Below are positions 59,770 to 64,000 of a stretch of 64,000 nucleotides of DNA, in pieces. The DNA is from Squalus acanthias. Taxonomy: Eukaryota. The stretch's first letter is position 1. Every line of letters starts with the position of its first letter. A program made the position numbers and the translations under genes. The stretch spans positions 108,130,001-108,194,000 of the forward strand of contig CM059432.1 in the NCBI GenBank assembly GCA_030390025.1. The letters run 5' to 3'. The notes below the pieces were generated by a model. It did not search any database. It was not told the DNA's origin and worked only from the letters and a program-made list of their open reading frames with translations.

Positions 59770-61779
59770 ACCTGGATGTCAAGGGATATACAAGAATGGA
59801 TTAGGAAAAAAAGGGAGGCTTTTGGCAGCAACAAAGGACTAAAAACAGTGGAAGCCCTAGAGGAGTATAGAAAGTGCAGGGGGGTACTTAAAAAAGAAAT
59901 TAGGAGAGCGAAGAGGGGGCATGAAAAAACACTGGCGGGCAAAATAAAGGAAAATCCCAAGGTGTTTTATAAGTATATTAAGGGCAAGAGGATAACCAGG
60001 GAAAGAGTAGGGCCCATTAGGGACCAAAGTGGCAATCTGCGTGTAGAGCCGGAAGATGTAGGTGAGGTTTTAAACGAATATTTTGCATCTGTGTTCACTA
60101 TGGAGAAGGACAATGTAGGCATAGAAATCAGGCAGGGGGATTGTGATATACTTGAACAAATTAGTTTTGAGAGGGAGGAGGTACTAGCGGTTTTAGCGGG
60201 CTTAAAAGTGGATAAATCCCCAGGCCCAGACGAGATGTATCCCAGGCTGCTGTGTGAGGCAAGGGAGGAGATTGCAGGGGCTCTGACACAAATTTTCAGA
60301 ACCTCTCTGGCCACAGGGGAGGTGCCAGAGGACTGGAGGACAGCTAACGCAGTACCATTATTCAAGAAGGGTAGTAGGGATAAACCAGGGAATTACAGGC
60401 CAGTGAGCCTAACATCAGTGGTAGGGAAATTATTGGAAAAAATTCTGACGGACAGAATTAGTCTCCACTTGCAGAGGCAAGGATTAATCAAGGATAGTCA
60501 GCATGGCTTTGTCAGGGGGAGATCATGTCTAACCAATTTGTTTGAATTTTTCGAGGGGGTGACTTGGTGTGTGGATGAGGGTAGTGCAGTTGATGTAGTC
60601 TACATGGACTTCAGTAAGGCTTTTGACAAAGTCCCGCATGGGAGACTGGTCAAGAAGGTAAGAGCCCATGGGATCCAGGGCAATTTGGCACATTGGATCC
60701 AAAATTGGTTTAGTGGCAGGAGGCAGAGGGTGATGGTCAAAGGTTGTTTTTGTGACTGGAAGCCTGTGTCCAGTGGTGTACCGCAGGGATCGGTGTTGGG
60801 TCCCTTGCTGTTTGTAGTGTTAATGATTTAGATCTGAATGTAGGGGGTATGATCAGTAAGTTCACAGATGATACGAAATTGGTGGAGTGGTAAATAGCGA
60901 GGAGGGAAGCCTCAGGCTACAGGATGATATAGACGGGTTGGTCAGATGGGCAGAACAGTGGCAAATGGAATTTAACCCTGAAAAGTGTGAGGTGATGCAT
61001 TTTGGGAGGACTAGCAAGGCAAGGGAATACACAATGAATGGTAGGACCCTCAGAAGGACAGAGGATCAGAGGGACATTGGCGTGCATGTACATAGATCCC
61101 TGAAGGCAGCAGGACAGGTAGATAAGGTGGTTAAAAAGGCATATGGGATACTTGCCTTCATTAGCCGAGGCATAGAATATAAGAGCAGGGAGGTTATGAT
61201 GGAGCTGTACAAAACGCTAGTTAGGCCACAGCTGGAATACTGTGCGCAGTTCTGGTCGCCACACTATAGGAAGGATGTGATTGCATTGGAGAGGGTGCAG
61301 AGGAGATTCACCAGGATGTTACCTGGGCTGGAGCGCTTCAGCTATGAAGAGAGACTGGACAGCCTGGGGATGTTTTCCTTGGAGCAGAGAAGGCTGAGGG
61401 GGGACCTGATTGAGGTGTACAAAATTATGAGGGGCATAGATAGGGTAGATAGAAAGGAACTTTTCCCCTTAGTAGAGGGGTCAATAACCAGGGGGCATAG
61501 TTTCAAGGTAAGGGGCAGGAGCTTTAGAGGGGATCTGAGGAAAAACTTTTTCACCCAGAGGGTGGTTGGAATCTGGAACTCACTGCCTGAAATGGTGGTA
61601 TAGGCAGGAACCCTCACAACATTCAAGAAGCATTTAGATGAGCACTTGAAACGCCATAGCATACAAGGCTACGGACCAAGTGCTGGAAAATGGGATTAGA
61701 ATAGACAGGGCTTGATGGCCGGCGCGGACACGATGGGCCGAAGGGTGTCTTTCTGTGCTGTATAACTCTATGACTCTAT
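59770..61779 (+). mobile_element. CR1 5'-truncated 2 kb copy with frameshifts near 60820-60890 and TATGACTC tail
   Basis: ORFs 59692..60831 and 60887..61603 carry RT motifs; 3' hairpin region and tail. Confidence 0.95.
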
Positions 61780-62674
61780 GGGGTAAAAATTCAGTTGGTT
61801 GCGCCTCCCGTTAGCGCCTTAAGAGGGCGCTAATGGGGCGCAAAGCCGCTAACGCCTGGGCGCAGCGATGTTTACGCCGCTCGGGAACTTAACTAGAGAT
61901 TGTGCGGCGGCGCTAAACTTTACCGCTGCGACCACCTGCGCGCGCAGATTGTGACGTCATTCAATGGTGCAACGCCCTTGTGGCGCCCCGGAGCGGAAAT
62001 TGAGTGGCGCCCCCTGCCTTACCGCCTGGCGCATCCAACGACCAGAAGACTGGAACGCTATCAATCGCTGTGGGGCTGGGGGGGGGGCGCTATTTAAAGG
62101 GGGCCTCTTCCTGTCTTTTATTGTTGGTGGCATTTTTGAACTACGCATTCTGAGAGAGAGAGGGAGAGACTTCTGGAGAGATTCAACGTTGTGTGAAGGA
62201 GTTTTGGGTACTGAGCAGCACTTTGCAGGTTCATTTTGATTTGCCATTCCTTGTATCGATTTAGCAGAGACTGTGGGAGCTGCACTCTGAGCTCTTTGCC
62301 TGGTACTCTCCATTGTTCTTTCCAGCACATTTGATGTGCAAGTCTCTCCAGGCCGAGATTCAAGGCTGCAATGAACAGGATGTGGATGGAAAGCAAGATT
62401 AACCATCCCCTTTAAAAACTGGCCCGTGCCATTGTGTGTGTGTTCCATTGCTGACTGACATTACATGAGCTTCGCCAGCGCTCTGAGTTAGCGCCTCACT
62501 CCTTGGCCTTTGCGCCTTAAGACAGTTGTGCAGCCCCTGATTTAGCGCTCCACTCACCTCCCGGGGCGGTAAAAGTGAAGTTTCCAGTCAGTGCCGATAA
62601 TTAGCGCCAGGCGCTAATATTTGCGTCCGGACAATATTTGAGCCCCAAATGGGGCGCGACCTAATTTTTCCCCC
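61780..62674. mobile_element. Harbinger MITE with TAT TSD, inserted in the CR1 tail microsatellite
   Basis: TAT-GGGGTAAAAATT ... AATTTTTCCCCC-TAT. Confidence 0.92.
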
Positions 62675-62685
62675 TATGACTCTAT

Positions 62686-64000
62686 GGGGGAAAAATTAGG
62701 TCGCGCCCCGTTTGGGGCGCAAATATCGTCTGGACACAAAAATTAGCGCCTGGCGCCAATTATCGCCACTAACTGGAAACTTCACTTTTACCGCCCCGGG
62801 AGGTGAGTGGAGCGCTAAATCAGGCGCTGCACAACTGTCTTAAGGCGCAAAGGCCGAGCAGTGAGGCGCTAACTCAGCGCGCGAGCGCAGCGCAGGTGCT
62901 GCCAGTTAGCGAGGGAACACAGACACACTGGCGCCGGCCAGTTCTTAAAGCAGGGGGGCCAACTTGCTCCCCAGCCACACCCTGCTCATTGCAGCCTTGA
63001 ATCTCGGCCTGGAGAGACCTGTGAATCCATTTTGCTGCCAAGGATGGAGAGGGTGAGAGAACGAGCTCTGCGCTTCACCGAGCGGGCCTTGGATGCTCTG
63101 GTTGGCGCGGTGGAGCGCAGAAGATGTATACTCTTCCCTGAGAGTGGCAGGAGGCCTTTGCCACGCGAGTACAGAAGAGTGTGGAGGGAGGTGGCTCAGA
63201 GCGTCTCCTCCAGGAGCATGGTGCCCAGGACCCATGTTCAATGCCGCAAAAAGTTCAACGACCTCACTCGGGTCATCAGGGTGAGTGGCTTTTTCTCAAT
63301 ACCTCTCCATCCCTCCATCTCAACCTCACTCTATGGCCAGAGGGTCTTAAAACCCCAATGCACAACACTCATCCAACACCTATGGCCCTTTCATGAAACA
63401 CACACACACATTCCACACTTTGCATACAGTAAGGGCTATTCACCTATGGGAGGCACATCAGGCAAGACCATGGCTGCATACAGTAAGGGCTATTCACCTA
63501 TGGGAGGCACATCAGGCAAGACCATGGCTGTATATTTACTCAGATGCTGTCCTTTTACTTGCAGGCCAAGCTGGCGCATAATAGGAGACAGCAGCAACGG
63601 ACAGGTGGAGGGCGGCCTCAGCTGCATCCCCTCAGCGATCTTGAGGAGCGCGTCCACAGGATTGTGGCAAGCCGGGTGATCGGTCCCGTCGCCACTGGAG
63701 ACGCCGACCCCGTTCTGGACAGCAATGGTAAGGTCATCACCTTTTTGTCCTCTGTCCTTCCACTTGTCCCTCACAACACCAGCCTTTGACACTTTCAATC
63801 CAACTTGCTAACTCGCTGCACTTATTCCTCCCTTACTGCCACCCTGTCCTCACGCTAAAGCCACTCTTGTACCTCCCTGCTTTCAGATGGTGATTCACCA
63901 GCTGAGGAGACGGGCCCTGAAGCTGCCAGTGGGAGTGAAGCTGCAGCCGAGGAGGAAGAGGAAGCCGGAGCATCAGTGCCACCCTTCCCGAGGAAGCCCA
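62686..64000. mobile_element. Left part of a possibly autonomous Harbinger transposon, continuing beyond the window
   Basis: TAT-GGGGGAAAAATT terminus; subterminal region is the inverse of ~62480-62674; contains a Myb/SANT gene. Confidence 0.9.
63044..64000 (+). CDS. Harbinger Myb/SANT-like DNA-binding protein; exons 63044-63280, 63565-63727 and 63887 to beyond 64000
   Basis: RALRFTERALDALV...WREVAQSVSSRSMVPRTHVQCRKKFNDL; junctions AGG|GTGAGT, TTGCAG|GCC, ATG|GTAAGG, TTTCAG|AT with matching phases and no stops. Confidence 0.88.

Overview
Eukaryotic, repeat-dense DNA, most likely intronic sequence of a shark or other cartilaginous fish (inferred from the HE1-type V-SINE, Deu-domain SINEs, esterase-type CR1 LINEs, Penelope-like elements and many PIF/Harbinger elements). 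No prokaryotic features, CRISPR, rRNA or true tRNA genes are present. Contents: one young CR1 with open ORF1 and ORF2 (38.6-42.6 kb) and over a dozen CR1 fragments; a 3.2 kb single-ORF LINE with a tRNA-like head (56.1-59.3 kb) and fragments of it; a Penelope-like element with a minimal hammerhead motif; two ~210-225 bp hammerhead-bearing fold-back mini-elements with target-site duplications; six Harbinger copies with coding remnants, one with an apparently intact spliced Myb/SANT gene at the right edge; many MITEs; five tandem-repeat families; and a local duplication. A chain of short minus-strand candidate exons may belong to an unidentified host gene (low confidence). Best leads: a UUUAAAC slippery site joining CR1 ORF1 to an AUG-less ORF2, the ribozyme fold-back mini-elements, the tRNA-headed coding LINE, a Harbinger family carrying a Penelope hairpin, and a 5'-intact but 3'-tailless CR1 sitting cleanly inside a SINE. 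All calls are by eye, element boundaries are approximate unless a TSD or splice site is cited, and no database search was run.
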